Of a DNA stretch of 64,000 bases, positions 40,151-53,862 are shown piece by piece. Origin of the DNA: Eledone cirrhosa (Eukaryota); contig OZ024750.1 of assembly GCA_964016885.1 (NCBI GenBank), forward strand, positions 53,754,001 to 53,818,000, in the 5' to 3' direction. Position 1 is the stretch's first letter. Every line of letters begins with the position of its first letter. Under the pieces are notes generated by a model. The model searched no databases. It was not told the DNA's origin and saw only the letters and a list, made by a program, of their open reading frames with translations. The translations under genes were made by a program, and so were the position numbers.

Positions 40151-40877
40151 TATAAATTAATATGTATGTGATGAAACACAGATACCAACACATCTGTATA
40201 TATATTGCGAAAGAAAAATTTAGCCAGATTGAAGTATACTAATTATTATACTACAGTTTGTCCATATCGATTTAAAATAATAAATCAATGGAGACGAACT
40301 GTATTGGCAAAAGGCCGTGATGTTTAGACACATTTAAATTTCAAAATCAAACCTGTTCCGTAGATAAGTTTAGACTTTAAGATCCAAATATGTTTCGAGT
40401 TAAATAAGTGTAGGAATATCAAGTCCCGCTCTCCTCAGTAAACATCCAGAGACAAATTGATATGCTTCACTTCTAAATAATTTAAAAGACTGCGTGGCGC
40501 ACATGGCTTTACAGTATCTAACTAGTCTCATAACCGTACTGCTAGAAATAACAGTCGTATATATGAGGCGGCTTTGCAGCTCAAACTAGGAGCAGATTAA
40601 AATTAATAAGGTAATGAATTCTTTTACAATGGAATCAGCTCGAATAAGGAAAAAATATCCCATGAGCAGTGTATAAATTAATATGTATGTGATGAAACAC
40701 AGATACCAACACATCTGTATATATATTGCGAAAGAAAAATTTAGCCAGATTGAAGTATACTAATTATTATACTACAGTTTGTCCATATCGATTTAAAATA
40801 ATAAATCAACGGAGACGAACTGTATTGGCAAAAGGCCGTGATGTTTAGACAGATTTAAATTTCAAAATCAAACCTGT
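40151..40877 (-). mobile_element. 521-bp unit present about 1.4 times, with a hammerhead-like core
   Basis: 206-bp direct repeats 40151-40356 and 40672-40877. On -: CTGAGGA GAG...CTC GAAA CATAT near 40385-40440, with poor stem I. (TA)n flanks. Confidence 0.6.
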
Positions 40878-40955
40878 ATATATGTATATATGTATATATA
40901 TATATACATATATACATATACAAATATATATATGTATATATATATATATGCATAT

Positions 40956-41002
<47 letters not shown>

Positions 41003-41179
41003 TAAATGGAAAAGAAAATGCTGACAAATTGTTCACAGTGAAAAATAGTTTAATTAGGAATAAGTGAGAATTAGTAATAGTATTGGTTAGTTTTGGTTTT
41101 AAGTTTTACCGGTTGCGCATTTCTAATGCTTTTCAAAAATAATTTTGAGATAGAGCAAGCATCACGGACGCTCTATCTC

Positions 41180-42562
41180 AAAATTTGCAATGAGTATAGC
41201 GAGGAATTTAGCGTACAGGTTGGTGTCCACCAGAGCTCTGTTCTTAGCCCTCTCCTGTTCATTATAGTCCTGCAGGCAATAACGGAGGAGTTTAAGACCG
41301 GATGCCCATGGGAACTCCTGTATGCTGATGACCTCGCACTTATAGCTGAATCTATGGTAGAACTAGAGAAGAAATTCCAAACTTGGAAGCAGGGACTAGA
41401 AAGATGACAAAGACTATGGTCCTTGTAAGTAGACGAGAAAACAGCACCCAGATCCCCTCAGGGAAATGGCCTTGCCCAGTATGTAGGAAAGGTGTAGGTA
41501 GGAACTCCATTCTCTGCCCCAAATGCAAACAATGGGTACAAGCGATGTAGCGGGATCTCGGGAAGCTTAATTAAGTATGTAGGCTTCACACGCAGCAGCT
41601 GTGCTGAGACAGCAAGCAAACAGCCACAGGAAACAAGTACCACCAATCTCTGGGAGGGCCCTGTAGAAACAGTACACAGCTTCTGCTACCTAGGTGACCG
41701 AATTAGCAGCGGAGGTGGGTGTTCAGAAAGTACAATAACTAGGGTAAGAACGGGATGGAAGAAGTTCAGAGAACTACTGCCACTGCTAGCTGCAAAAGGC
41801 TTCTCCCTCAAAATGAAAGGCAGACTGTATGATGCGTGTATCCGAACAGCAATATTACATGGTAGTGAGACCTGGGCGCTGAAGGTGGAAGACTTACGCA
41901 GATTAGAAAGAAATGAAGCCTGCATGCTCCGATGGATGTGTAATAGTAATATACGCGAACGACAAAGCATAAATGAATTGAGAGAGAGACTGAGCATAAG
42001 AGGAATCAAATGCTGTGTGCAGGAGAGGCGATTGCGTTGGTATGGACATGTGATGCGTATGAAGGATGACAGCTGCATAAAAAGGTGCAGAGCACTAGAA
42101 GTCAATGGAAACCGCGGAGTGGGGAGACCCAAAAAGATCTGGGATGAGGTGATAAAAGCCGACCTTACCCAATTACACCTCTCAAAGGCGATGACACACG
42201 ACCGTGACCTCTGGCGGCATGCAGTAATACAGAGTACCCGACCTCCCATGGGTACAAGCTGAAGCATATAGATAATATGCCCCCACACCCTCCCACTGTA
42301 AGGAGTCGTGGAGGTGCCACGGCAAAAAAGCACCCAGCCCACACTGTAAAGTGGACGTGTAGGCGCCACGGAAAAAACACCCAGCACTCACTGTAAATGA
42401 GGTTGGTGTTAGGAAGGGCATCCAGCTGTAGAAATCAAGCCAAAATCAGTTCCTGTATGAGCAAGGCATGGTCAGCCGACCAGACACTGCCCACAACAGG
42501 ACAACCCATCTATCTCATGCTAGCATGGAAGAACGGACGTAAAACGGTGATGATGATGATGA
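41180..42562 (+). mobile_element. 5'-truncated RTE LINE (second subfamily) with 3' UTR
   Basis: VGVHQSSVLSP...YADD, frameshifts, ORF 41813-42262 and (GAT)n tail. Confidence 0.9.
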
Positions 42563-42660
42563 TACACATACAAATATATGTATATATATATACACACGTA
42601 TACAAATATATATATACATATATATATATATATACATATACAAATATATATATATATATA

Positions 42661-43523
42661 TTAAAGAGTTAAACAAGATTCAATGAGTACATCAAAGAAT
42701 AAGTTCTACAGTAGATTGGAAGCACTCTACTAGAAAAAGTATTTTCCAGAGTTATTAATATTAAAATATAAATATTAATAAAATAGATGTACTTTTGATC
42801 AATTAAATTTTAATATACATATTTCAGAGGTACAACAGTACGTCCTCATCAGACAAAATATGATACATGACATACACTGAGATGTTAAATGGTTAATATT
42901 TATACCCTAATAATGAGAAAATGCGAAAACATAATAAATTCAGTAGAGAAGGTATGAGTAAGAAAAACGTTGCTTTAATGTAAGTTATAGAGATTTTAAA
43001 ATGTGGGATACTACAAATTATGATTATCGAGGAAGACGTCTCTGGAATTATTATTTTATTACAGTTTATGAAGGCAACTGATAGATGATTAAAGAGAGGG
43101 AGAGATAAAGGGGACTAATTTATGCAGAAAAAAATTTTTCCCCATAAGGACTAAGCGGTTAAGTTTCAAAATATTTAATTTATGTTATTTTAGGGTGAAG
43201 AATCAAAATTTTAAGTTTTTAAAAGTTGATGGTTATTTATATTTATTAATTTTATAGATTTTATAAATTTTTTAAATGTGTTACATTTCTAAAATTCTGA
43301 ATTTATGAAAAAACAAAATTAAAGGATTTACTAGGCCCGCGAATGAGAAATATACACTGTTGAATATCCCCTAAAATTAATCTTTAACAAAAATTACCTA
43401 TAAGGGTGTCAACATTTTCGGTATGTAAAATTTATGAAGTTCTTATTGTTAGAAATATCGGAAAATTTATTGTCAAGAAGATACATTGTCTAAAGTATAA
43501 TGATTAACGCAGAGTTTTCAGCC
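42661..43523 (-). mobile_element. Penelope-like 3' remnant with hammerhead (42807-42859) and bulged tail hairpin (42704-42735)
   Basis: On -: ATTTTGT CTGATGA GGAC-GTAC-TGTT-GTAC-CTCT GAAA TATGTA TA. Bounded by (TA)n. LWEKFF-like relic upstream. Confidence 0.6.
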
Positions 43524-44063
43524 ATATATATATATATATGTGTGCATTTATCGTAATAAATTAATATTTATTATATTAAATCAGTATATTAGTTCTACCT
43601 TCATGGGAGGAATGAAACCTAAATAATGGATATGTTATTGTACAATATATCTATATTTGCACAAACAATATATAGCGTTAAACCGAAACGGTAATTATGA
43701 TTAAGTTATTATACATTATACATAGAGATGTAAAAAACAAAATGCAGAGATATACGAAAGTAATAATATGATTTTGCTATTATACAATATACACATATTT
43801 GCAAAAAAATTAGGTATAGAGAGATATACTAAGTATTAATGAGACAGTATACTTTTGGTAAATGATAACGTTTATAATCTTATATAATAGATTCAAACAT
43901 GCAAAGGTTAAATACATACATATATATAAAGGAGTGTAAACGCATGAATGATTCACAGTTCAAAATAAGGTCCGTAAAAATTTACAGGTTGGATATTTGA
44001 ACTATATTTAAAACATAGATAGAAAAATAAAGATAGAGAAATAATGGTATAACCATGACCAGT

Positions 44064-44104
44064 CCGAGCTGAATATCCGCATAAGGTGAAACAATTGTTC
44101 TCGG
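44064..44104 (+). ncRNA. Minimal hammerhead motif with G8-to-U change
   Basis: CCGAG CTGAATA TCC-GCATAA-GGT GAAA CAATTG TT / CTCGG, with palindromic ACAATTGT stem III. Confidence 0.65.
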
Positions 44105-44206
44105 TATGGTGAGTTAACACTTCTACCAAACTCGTGCCATGGACTGAGTGCTCTACCACTACGGATATTACCTTCCAGTGTTCTACCTCTATATGTATAT
44201 ATATAT

Positions 44207-45360
44207 ATAGGAACGAGTAGGACCCCAACAGCTGAGCTCAAGCCGTTTCGAAGCCTAATTCTGGACTAAATGAAAATTTTTATCCTGGTAAATGAATAGC
44301 CGAGCTTCTCAGGGGGTAATTCTATGTATGGTAAAAGTGATTGTCACAAGGATTGGTCAAAAGTTTGTTGTTGAGACACATAATTCTATCATGGCATTTT
44401 CTGGAAGGAAGGGGTAGCTGAACTTGCCAGTAGAAGAAAGAGGGAGAGGGAGTGAGGGAAACCCAGTCGTTCTGAATTAATTTTTCGTATTAAATTTTTC
44501 ATATATATCGTACGAGCATATTTATGTAGTTTGCATTAGAATTTATGTATTGTAGCGGCACTCTTATATATCGTATTAGTATTCATTTTCGGGATTCTGA
44601 ATTCATATTTCGTATTAGTTTCGGGACTCTGAATTATTATTTTGTATTAGTTTGTTTTTTTTGTTTATTTGTTTGTTTTTTTAGTACTTGTTGACCTGTC
44701 ATTGTAAGATAGATTTGGCCGATTACTACTAATTCATAAAATTCTTTCACTGCAATCTCCTATTTAGTATCCCGCCCCACCTATTAAACTTTTCTATAGT
44801 TTAGCAGTACCAGTGAGAGATTTGATGATAGTGGTAGGGGAATAGTAACCAGAAATTGTGTTTTTGTTTTTTTTTACATTTTTAACATTCTTATTTTTCT
44901 ATTAATTTTACTCCATATAGATTTACTTATTGTTTCGACTTCCTCCCCTTCCCCCTCCCTAGTATACTTCTCTTGACCTCTTATCATTAGGATTCTGCTG
45001 TAGTTGTCACTTTCAACGCACGACTGGGTTTCCTCCACTTACTCTCCCCCTTTCTTCTACTGGCAAGTTCAGCTACCCCTTCCTTCCACAAAATGCCATG
45101 ATAGAATTGTGTGTCTCAACAACAAACTTTTGACCAATCCTTGTGACAATCACTTTTACCATATATGGAATTACCCCCTGAGAAGCTCGGCTATTCATTT
45201 ACCAGGATAAAAATGTTCATTTAGTCCAGAATTAGCCGTAAAACGGCTTGAGCTCAGCCGTCGGGGTCCTACTCATTCCTATTACCCACTCTACTACCCT
45301 AAGTATTGAGTACTTTGGTGCATTATGGTCCATCTGGTTCCTTACCACATTTCCTTTGTT
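44207..45360 (+). mobile_element. Penelope-like fold-back (element C): about 264-bp diverged arms, 549-bp spacer, about 78-nt tail
   Basis: 44207-44470 is the reverse complement of 45020-45282 with scattered mismatches. Variant hammerheads at 45173-45267 (+) and 44222-44317 (-). Confidence 0.75.
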
Positions 45361-45395
45361 ATATATATATATATACAAATATGTATATATATATA

Positions 45396-45956
45396 TGAGG
45401 GTGTTAAAGTTTGCTTGAAGCATTGTGAAATGTGTAAAATACGTATTTAAGAAAGCCACAACAATGCAGAGGGAAATCTCGAGGTAGGAAGTGAAAGATA
45501 GATAGGAAAAACAGGTGAAAGTGAAAATTGAGAGAGACAAAGATGAAAACAAAACAAAGGTAGAAGGGTTACCGTAGTAGAGATTTAATCCCAATATTTC
45601 GGGCTCATGCCCATCAACGGGGGAAAGTTCCAAAAGGGGGGGAACAGGCCAAGCGGAGAAAGTTGTGATGTCGTTAAGACAGGAATGTCGTTAAGAATAA
45701 CGGCATTCCTGTCTTAACGACATCACAACTTTCTCCGCTTGGCCTGTTCCCCCCCTTTTGGAACTTTCCCCCGTTGATGGGCGTGAGCCCGAAATATTGG
45801 GATTAAATCTCCACTACGGTAACCCTTCTACCTTTGTTTTGTTTTCATCTTTGTCTCTCTCAATTTTCACTTTCACCTGTTTTTCCTATCTATCTTTCAC
45901 TTCCTACCTCGAGATTTCCCTCTGCATTGTTGTGGCTTTCTTAAATACGTATTTTA
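45396..45956 (-). mobile_element. Penelope-like fold-back (element E): 259-bp arms, 4-nt loop, about 40-nt tail
   Basis: 45435-45693 is the reverse complement of 45698-45956 with about 3 mismatches. Hammerhead-like TCCC CCGTTGA T GGGC-GTGA-GCCC GAAA TA TT / GGGA at 45767-45802. Confidence 0.75.
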
Positions 45957-46124
45957 TATATATATATATACATATATGCATATATATACATATATATAGA
46001 GTTATAAACTCAAAATAGTCTTTTACAATTAATGTATATATATGTATATATACATATATGTATATATATATATATATATATATACATATATAGACATATA
46101 TATATACATGTATATATGTGTGTG

Positions 46125-46344
46125 TTGGAACCACAAAACAACCAGCCCACTCTGTATAGTGGTCGTGTAGGTGTCATAACAAAAAGCACCCAACACACAC
46201 TGTAAATGTGGTTGGCTCCCGGAAGGGCATCCAGATGTAGAAAACCAACCAGGAACTGTCCTATATGAGTGAGACACGGTCACCCAACCCAACTAAATGG
46301 GACAAACTAACCCATGCTAGCATGGAAGATGGACATTAAACAAT

Positions 46345-46345
<1 letters not shown>
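46125..46345 (+). mobile_element. RTE/SINE 3'-end fragment
   Basis: CACACTGTAAATGTGGTTGG...GGAAGGGCATCCAG...CCCATGCTAGCATGGAAGATGGAC. Confidence 0.7.
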
Positions 46346-46401
<56 letters not shown>

Positions 46402-46553
46402 CGTGTTTGTCTTTAGATAATGTGTTTGAAATATTTCAGCCGACAGTTTAGCCATGTCTCACTGAGGAGATCAGTTGTTTGGTTTATTTTCTAATATCTT
46501 CTCAGATGGTATTCTTTCACAAATCACATGTGTGTGGTTATATGTATGTACAT

Positions 46554-46903
46554 GGAGGCACATGGCTCAGTGGTTAGAGCATTGGCCTTGCAATCGAAAG
46601 GTTGTGAGTTCAATTCTCAGACCGGGTGATGTGTTGTTTCCTTGAGCAAGACACTTTATTTCACATTGCTCCAGTTTACTCAGCTGTAGAAATGAGATGA
46701 TAGGGACTGGGGTCCATATCATTCCACTGTAAAGTGGACGTGTAGGTGCCACGGCAAAAAATACGCACCCCGTACTCACTGTAAATGAGGTTGGTGTTAG
46801 GAAGGGCATCCAGCTGTAGAAATCAAGCCAGAATTAGTTCCAGTCCCACCCTTGCAAGCAGGGAAAAGTGGACGTAAAATGAAATGATGATGATGATGAT
46901 GAT
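46554..46903 (+). mobile_element. tRNA-derived CORE-like/RTE-tail SINE
   Basis: Near-identical to 6796-7141, with A and B boxes and a (GAT)n tail. Confidence 0.85.
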
Positions 46904-47974
46904 GTGTGTGTGTGTTTCTCCGAGGGCACAAAACACCTGGCCCTTGAGTTACCTGTATAGTTTTCTCAACTACATGTGTGTGTATATATGATTTCACTAC
47001 TGAATGAAATGGTATTAGTCCTGTATAAATCATTTCTTTTTAAATAAATTCATAATCATTCTCATTTAACATTCCTAGTCTCTTACTACGGTTTTATCTT
47101 ACTACGGTTTTATCTTCCAATCTACCTTAACAGTTGTGTATTTTCTGCTTATCTCTATCACTGTCTTCATATATATTTTATCACATCCTTTTTATGGCTC
47201 TTTTTCCATCTGTGTGTGTCTGTTCTATTTTTAAACCCAGCCTACTAATGCCAGTCTTTCATAAAATCTAATCTTCCATTCAATAGAAACTGAAATAATT
47301 CCCTTGGCTGTGTATATTCTTCTGCCAGTGTCAGTCTGGATCACAGTATGAAGTGGGTTTTATACCCACCCATTCAGTAGATAGTCTCCTTTACATATCA
47401 GTCAAAACCAACAGTAATTATGTAATGTGTTTACTGAGTCAGTGTTATAATTAATGATTTCTGATTTAGGCAAAAGGCCATCATTTTCGAGGGGTGAGGA
47501 CAAAACTCAACTCCATAAGGACAAAAGGCTGTAGCAAGAGATGTTGGTGGGATTTGAACTGAGAATGTAAAGAACCGTAACTATATGCTGCAGAACATCC
47601 AACGCTCTACCGATACTGCCAATCCACCACCCAGTGTTGTAATTAATGATTTCTACTATAGGCACAAGGCCAGTAATTTGGGGGGAGAGGACAGTACATT
47701 ACTGGTACTTTATTTTATCGACCTCGTAAGGAATCGTTAAAGAGTCCGGGGATAACTGGGTTTTGAGTTGAAATCCTACCTTCTACCAGGAGTTGTGACC
47801 AGCCAATAGTAATGACAAGACCAAAGGAAGTATAGCTTCCTTCATCTCATCTGACAATCAGCTCTTTTTCTTTTTTGATGTAGAGAAATATTTTGTTCCA
47901 GTTAAAAATTAGCAGATTTGTTAAAGACAAAATACCTTTGGGTAGTTCTTCAAGCCCCATGGTAAAAAAGCTCC

Positions 47975-50900
47975 AGTTGCCTTCCAATACATCCACACCC
48001 AACCCCTAGCACTTCCAACCCCACTGCCTTCCAATACATCCACTCCCAACCCCACTGCCCTCCAATACATCCACTCCCAACCCCTACCACTCCCAACCCC
48101 ACTGCCCTCCAATACATCCACTCCCAACCCCTACCACTCCCAACCCCACTGCCCTCCAATACATCCACTCCCAACCCCTACCACTCCCAACCCCACTGCC
48201 TTCCAATACATCCACTCCCAACCCCACTGCCTTCCAATACATCCACTCCCAACCCCACTGCCTTCCAATACATCCACTCCCAACCCCACTGCCCTCCAAT
48301 ACATCCACTCCCAACCCCTACCACTCCCAACCCCACTGCCCTCCAATACATCCACTCCCAACCCCTACCACTCCCAACCCCACTGCCTTCCAATACATCC
48401 ACTCCCAACCCCACTGCCCTCCAATACATCCACTCCCAACCCCACTGCCCTCCAATACATCCACTCCCAACCCCTACCACTCCCAACCCCACTGCCCTCC
48501 AATACATCCACTCCCAACCCCTACCACTCCCAACCCCACTGCCTTCCAATACATCCACTCCCAACCCCACTGCCCTCCAATACATCCACTCCCAACCCCA
48601 CTGCCTTCCAATACATCCACTCCCAACCCCACTGCCCTCCAATACATCCACTCCCAACCCCTACCACTCCCAACCCCACTGCCTTCCAATACATCCACTC
48701 CCAACCCCTACCACTCCCAACCCCACTGCCCTCCAATACATCCACTCCCAACCCCACTGCCCTCCAATACATCCACTCCCAACCCCACTGCCCTCCAATA
48801 CATCCACTCCCAACCCCACTGCCCTCCAATACATCCACTCCCAACCCCTAGCACTTCCAACCCCACTGCCTTCCAATACATCCACTCCCAACCCCACTGC
48901 CCTCCAATACATCCACTCCCAACCCCTACCACTCCCAACCCCACTGCCCTCCAATACATCCACTCCCAACCCCTACCACTCCCAACCCCACTGCCTTCCA
49001 ATACATCCACTCCCAACCCCACTGCCCTCCAATACATCCACTCCCAACCCCACTGCCCTCCAATACATCCACTCCCAACCCCTACCACTCCCAACCCCAC
49101 TGCCCTCCAATACATCCACTCCCAACCCCTACCACTCCCAACCCCACTGCCTTCCAATACATCCACTCCCAACCCCACTGCCCTCCAATACATCCACTCC
49201 CAACCCCACTGCCCTCCAATACATCCACTCCCAACCCCACTGCCCTCCAATACATCCACTCCCAACCCCTACCACTCCCAACCCCACTGCCCTCCAATAC
49301 ATCCACTCCCAACCCCTACCACTCCCAACCCCACTGCCCTCCAATACATCCACTCCCAACCCCACTGCCTTCCAATACATCCACTCCCAACCCCACTGCC
49401 CTCCAATACATCCACTCCCAACCCCTACCACTCCCAACCCCACTGCCCTCCAATACATCCACTCCCAACCCCACTGCCTTCCAATACATCCACTCCCAAC
49501 CCCACTGCCCTCCAATACATCCACTCCCAACCCCTACCACTCCCAACCCCACTGCCTTCCAATACATCCACTCCCAACCCCACTGCCCTCCAATACATCC
49601 ACTCCCAACCCCTACCACTCCCAACCCCACTGCCTTCCAATACATCCACTCCCAACCCCACTGCCCTCCAATACATCCACTCCCAACCCCTACCACTCCC
49701 AACCCCACTGCCTTCCAATACATCCACTCCCAACCCCTACCACTCCCAACCCCACTGCCCTCCAATACATCCACTCCCAACCCCTACCACTCCCAACCCC
49801 ACTGCCTTCCAATACATCCACTCCCAACCCCTACCACTCCCAACCCCACTGCCCTCCAATACATCCACTCCCAACCCCTACCACTCCCAACCCCACTGCC
49901 TTCCAATACATCCACTCCCAACCCCTACCACTCCCAACCCCACTGCCCTCCAATACATCCACACCCAACCCCTACCACTCCCAACCCCACTGCCTTCCAA
50001 TACATCCACTCCCAACCCCACTGCCCTCCAATACATCCACTCCCAACCCCTACCACTCCCAACCCCACTGCCTTCCAATACATCCACTCCCAACCCCACT
50101 GCCCTCCAATACATCCACTCCCAACCCCACTGCCCTCCAATACATCCACTCCCAACCCCTACCACTCCCAACCCCACTGCCTTCCAATACATCCACTCCC
50201 AACCCCTACCACTCCCAACCCCACTGCCCTCCAATACATCCACTCCCAACCCCTACCACTCCCAACCCCACTGCCTTCCAATACATCCACTCCCAACCCC
50301 TACCACTCCCAACCCCACTGCCCTCCAATACATCCACTCCCAACCCCTACCACTCCCAACCCCACTGCCTTCCAATACATCCACTCCCAACCCCTACCAC
50401 TCCCAACCCCACTGCCTTCCAATACATCCAGTCCCAACCCCTACCACTCCCAACCCCACTGCCTTCCAATACATCCACACCCAACCCCTACCACTCCCAA
50501 CCCCACTGCCTTCCAATACATCCACTCCCAACCCCACTGCCTTCCAATACATCCACTCCCAACCCCACTGCTTTCCAATACATCCACTCCCAACCCCACT
50601 GCTTTCCAATACATCCACTCCCAACCCCTACCACTCCCAACCCCACTGCCTTCCAATACATCCACTCCCAACCCCACTGCCTTCCAATACATCCACTCCC
50701 AACCCCACTGCCTTCCAATACATCCACTCCCAACCCCACTGCTTTCCAATACATCCACTCCCAACCCCTACCACTCCCAACCCCACTGCCTTCCAATACA
50801 TCCACTCCCAACCCCACTGCCTTCCAATACATCCACTCCCAACCCCACTGCCCTCCAATACATCCACTCCCAACCCCACTGCCTTCCAATACATCCACTC

Positions 50901-52365
50901 CCAACCCCACTGCCTTCCAATACATCCACTCCCAACCCCACTGCCTTCCAATACATCCACTCCCAACCCCACTGCTTTCCAATACATCCACTCCCAACCC
51001 CTACCACTCCCAACCCCACTGCCCTCCAATACATCCACTCCCAACCCCTACCACTCCCAACCCCACTGCCTTCCAATACATCCACTCCCAACCCCACTGC
51101 CCTCCAATACATCCACTCCCAACCCCTACCACTCCCAACCCCACTGCCTTCCAATACATCCACTCCCAACCCCACTGCCCTCCAATACATCCACTCCCAA
51201 CCCCTACCACTCCCAACCCCACTGCCTTCCAATACATCCACTCCCAACCCCACTGCCCTCCAATACATCCACTCCCAACCCCACTGCCTTCCAATACATC
51301 CACTCCCAACCCCACTGCCTTCCAATACATCCACTCCCAACCCCACTGCCTTCCAATACATCCACTCCCAACCCCACTGCTTTCCAATACATCCACTCCC
51401 AACCCCTACCACTCCCAACCCCACTGCCCTCCAATACATCCACTCCCAACCCCTACCACTCCCAACCCCACTGCCTTCCAATACATCCACTCCCAACCCC
51501 ACTGCCCTCCAATACATCCACTCCCAACCCCTACCACTCCCAACCCAACTGCCTTCCAATACATCCACTCCCAACCCCACTGCCCTCCAATACATCCACT
51601 CCCAACCCCACTGCCCTCCAATACATCCACTCCCAACCCCACTGCCCTCCAATACATCCACTCCCAACCCCACTGCCCTCCAATACATCCACTCCCAACC
51701 CCTACCACTCCCAACCCAACTGCCCTCCAATACATCCACTCCCAACCCCACTGCCCTCCAATACATCCACTCCCAACCCCTACCACTCCCAACCCAACTG
51801 CCCTCCAATACATCCACTCCCAACCCCACTGCCCTCCAATACATCCACTCCCAACCCCTACCACTCCCAACCCCACTGCCCTCCAATACATCCACTCCCA
51901 ACCCCACTGCCCTCCAATACATCCACTCCCAACCCCTACCACTCCCAACCCCACTGCCCTCCAATACATCCACTCCCAACCCCACTGCCCTCCAATACAT
52001 CCACTCCCAACCCCTACCACTCCCAACCCAACTGCCTTCCAATACATCCACTCCCAACCCCTACCACTCCCAACCCCACTGCCCTCCAATACATCCACTC
52101 CCAACCCCTACCACTCCCAACCCAACTGCCTTCCAATACATCCACTCCCAACCCCTACCACTCCCAACCCCACTGCCCTCCAATACATCCACTCCCAACC
52201 CCTACCACTCCCAACCCCACTGCCCTACAATACATCCACTCCCAACCCCACTGCCTTCCAATACATCCACTCCCAACCCCTACCACTCCCAACCCCACTG
52301 CCCTCCAATACATCCACTCCCAACCCCCACCACTCCCAACCCCCACCACTCCCAACCCCCACCAT
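47975..52365. repeat. About 4.4-kb C-rich minisatellite of mixed 31-bp and 47-bp units
   Basis: CCACTCCCAACCCCACTGCC(T/C)TCCAATACAT with an optional 16-bp CCACTCCCAACCCCTA module. Confidence 0.97.
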
Positions 52366-52719
52366 TCACTTCTCATTGTAACCTGCTCCCAAAATGCCAT
52401 TGGTTGATATCTGTAAAACCACCCCAAACTCCACAAATGTCTCTGGTATTTCAGTATTTATCATGGATGCAGTAACCCTCACCTCCCACAGCTTAAATAA
52501 CATATTTGGGGTCACTTTAGCTTATTTTACTCTCCTTATGTAAAACGTGACCTTTTGCTGTTTGTCTTTTAGGAATTAATATTTTTTGACTTTTTGTCAC
52601 AAACTCCCCCTTCACCCACACACACACTCTCTACTGACCAGTGCTGTCCTGTCGTTAATATTTTCTTAATGTGAGCCCTGTGTGGCTAATAAAGAAATTA
52701 TTATTATTATTATTACCAC

Positions 52720-52905
52720 TAGGGTGGTGGTTTGGCAGTATCATTAGACACCATGCTTTGCAGTATAGGAGTTATGTCCCTTTACGTTCTGAGTTCAAAT
52801 CCCGCCAGGTTAACTTTGCCTTTCATCATTACGGAGTCGATAAAACAAAGCACCAGTAATGTACTGGGGTAATTGCTGGCCTTGTGCTAAGGTAGAAATA
52901 TTATT
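52720..52905 (+). mobile_element. SINE family 2 (other copies near 38820-38955, 47450-47740, 60445-60590 and 62258-62470)
   Basis: GAGTTCAAATCCCGCC..GGTTAACTTTGCCTTTCATC core. Confidence 0.75.
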
Positions 52906-52961
52906 ATCACTAATAAATAGCCTATTGTTATATGGAGGGAATAGGTAATATTAGATTTCTT

Positions 52962-53749
52962 CACCAACACAGCTATGTGTGTATATTGTATATATACGTA
53001 TGTAGCCAGCATACACCAACACAGCTATGTGTGTATATTGTATATATACGTATGTAGCCAGCATACACCAACACAGCTATGTGTGTATATTGTATATATA
53101 CGTATGTAGCCAGCATACACCAACACAGCTATGTGTGTATATTGTATATATACGTATGTAGCCAGCATACACCAACACAGCTATGTGTGTATATTGTATA
53201 TATACGTATGTAGCCAGCATACACCAACACAGCTATGTGTGTATATTGTATATATACGTATGTAGCCAGCATACACCAACACAGCTATGTGTGTATATTG
53301 TATATATACGTATGTAGCCAGCATACACCAACACAGCTATGTGTGTATATTGTATATATACGTATGTAGCCAGCATACACCAACACAGCTATGTGTGTAT
53401 ATTGTATATATACGTATGTAGCCAGCATACACCAACACAGCTATGTGTGTATATTGTATATATACGTATGTAGCCAGCATACACCAACACAGCTATGTGT
53501 GTATATTGTATATATACGTATGTAGCCAGCATACACCAACACAGCTATGTGTGTATATTGTATATATACGTATGTAGCCAGCATACACCAACACAGCTAT
53601 GTGTGTATATTGTATATATACGTATGTAGCCAGCATACACCAACACAGCTATGTGTGTATATTGTATATATACGTATGTAGCCAGCATACACCAACACAG
53701 CTATGTGTGTATATTGTATATATACGTATGTAGCCAGCATACACCAACA
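52962..53749. repeat. 52-bp minisatellite, 15 apparently identical copies
   Basis: Unit CACCAACACAGCTATGTGTGTATATTGTATATATACGTATGTAGCCAGCATA. Confidence 0.95.
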
Positions 53750-53862
53750 TCAACAGTTTGCCAAGAGATGTCAACATCAATGGACCTGTTATTTTTCTAT
53801 AAAAACATTTTTTTCCAATTCCACCCCACCTGTCCCTTCAATCGATCTAATTTCTCATTCTT

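Noticed and set aside
45232-46018. Two divergent ORFs starting MELSPVDG
   Set aside because: They are mirror images produced by the inverted repeat, use non-ATG starts and have no recognisable domain.
46455-46510. CTGAGGAGAT...ATCTTCTCAG as a hammerhead
   Set aside because: It forms a simple imperfect hairpin, with no correctly placed GAAA or cleavage triplet on either strand.
47921-52436. Long G/W/V-rich ORFs up to 429 aa, or a telomere array
   Set aside because: These are minisatellite translations, and the unit is not (TTAGGG)n.
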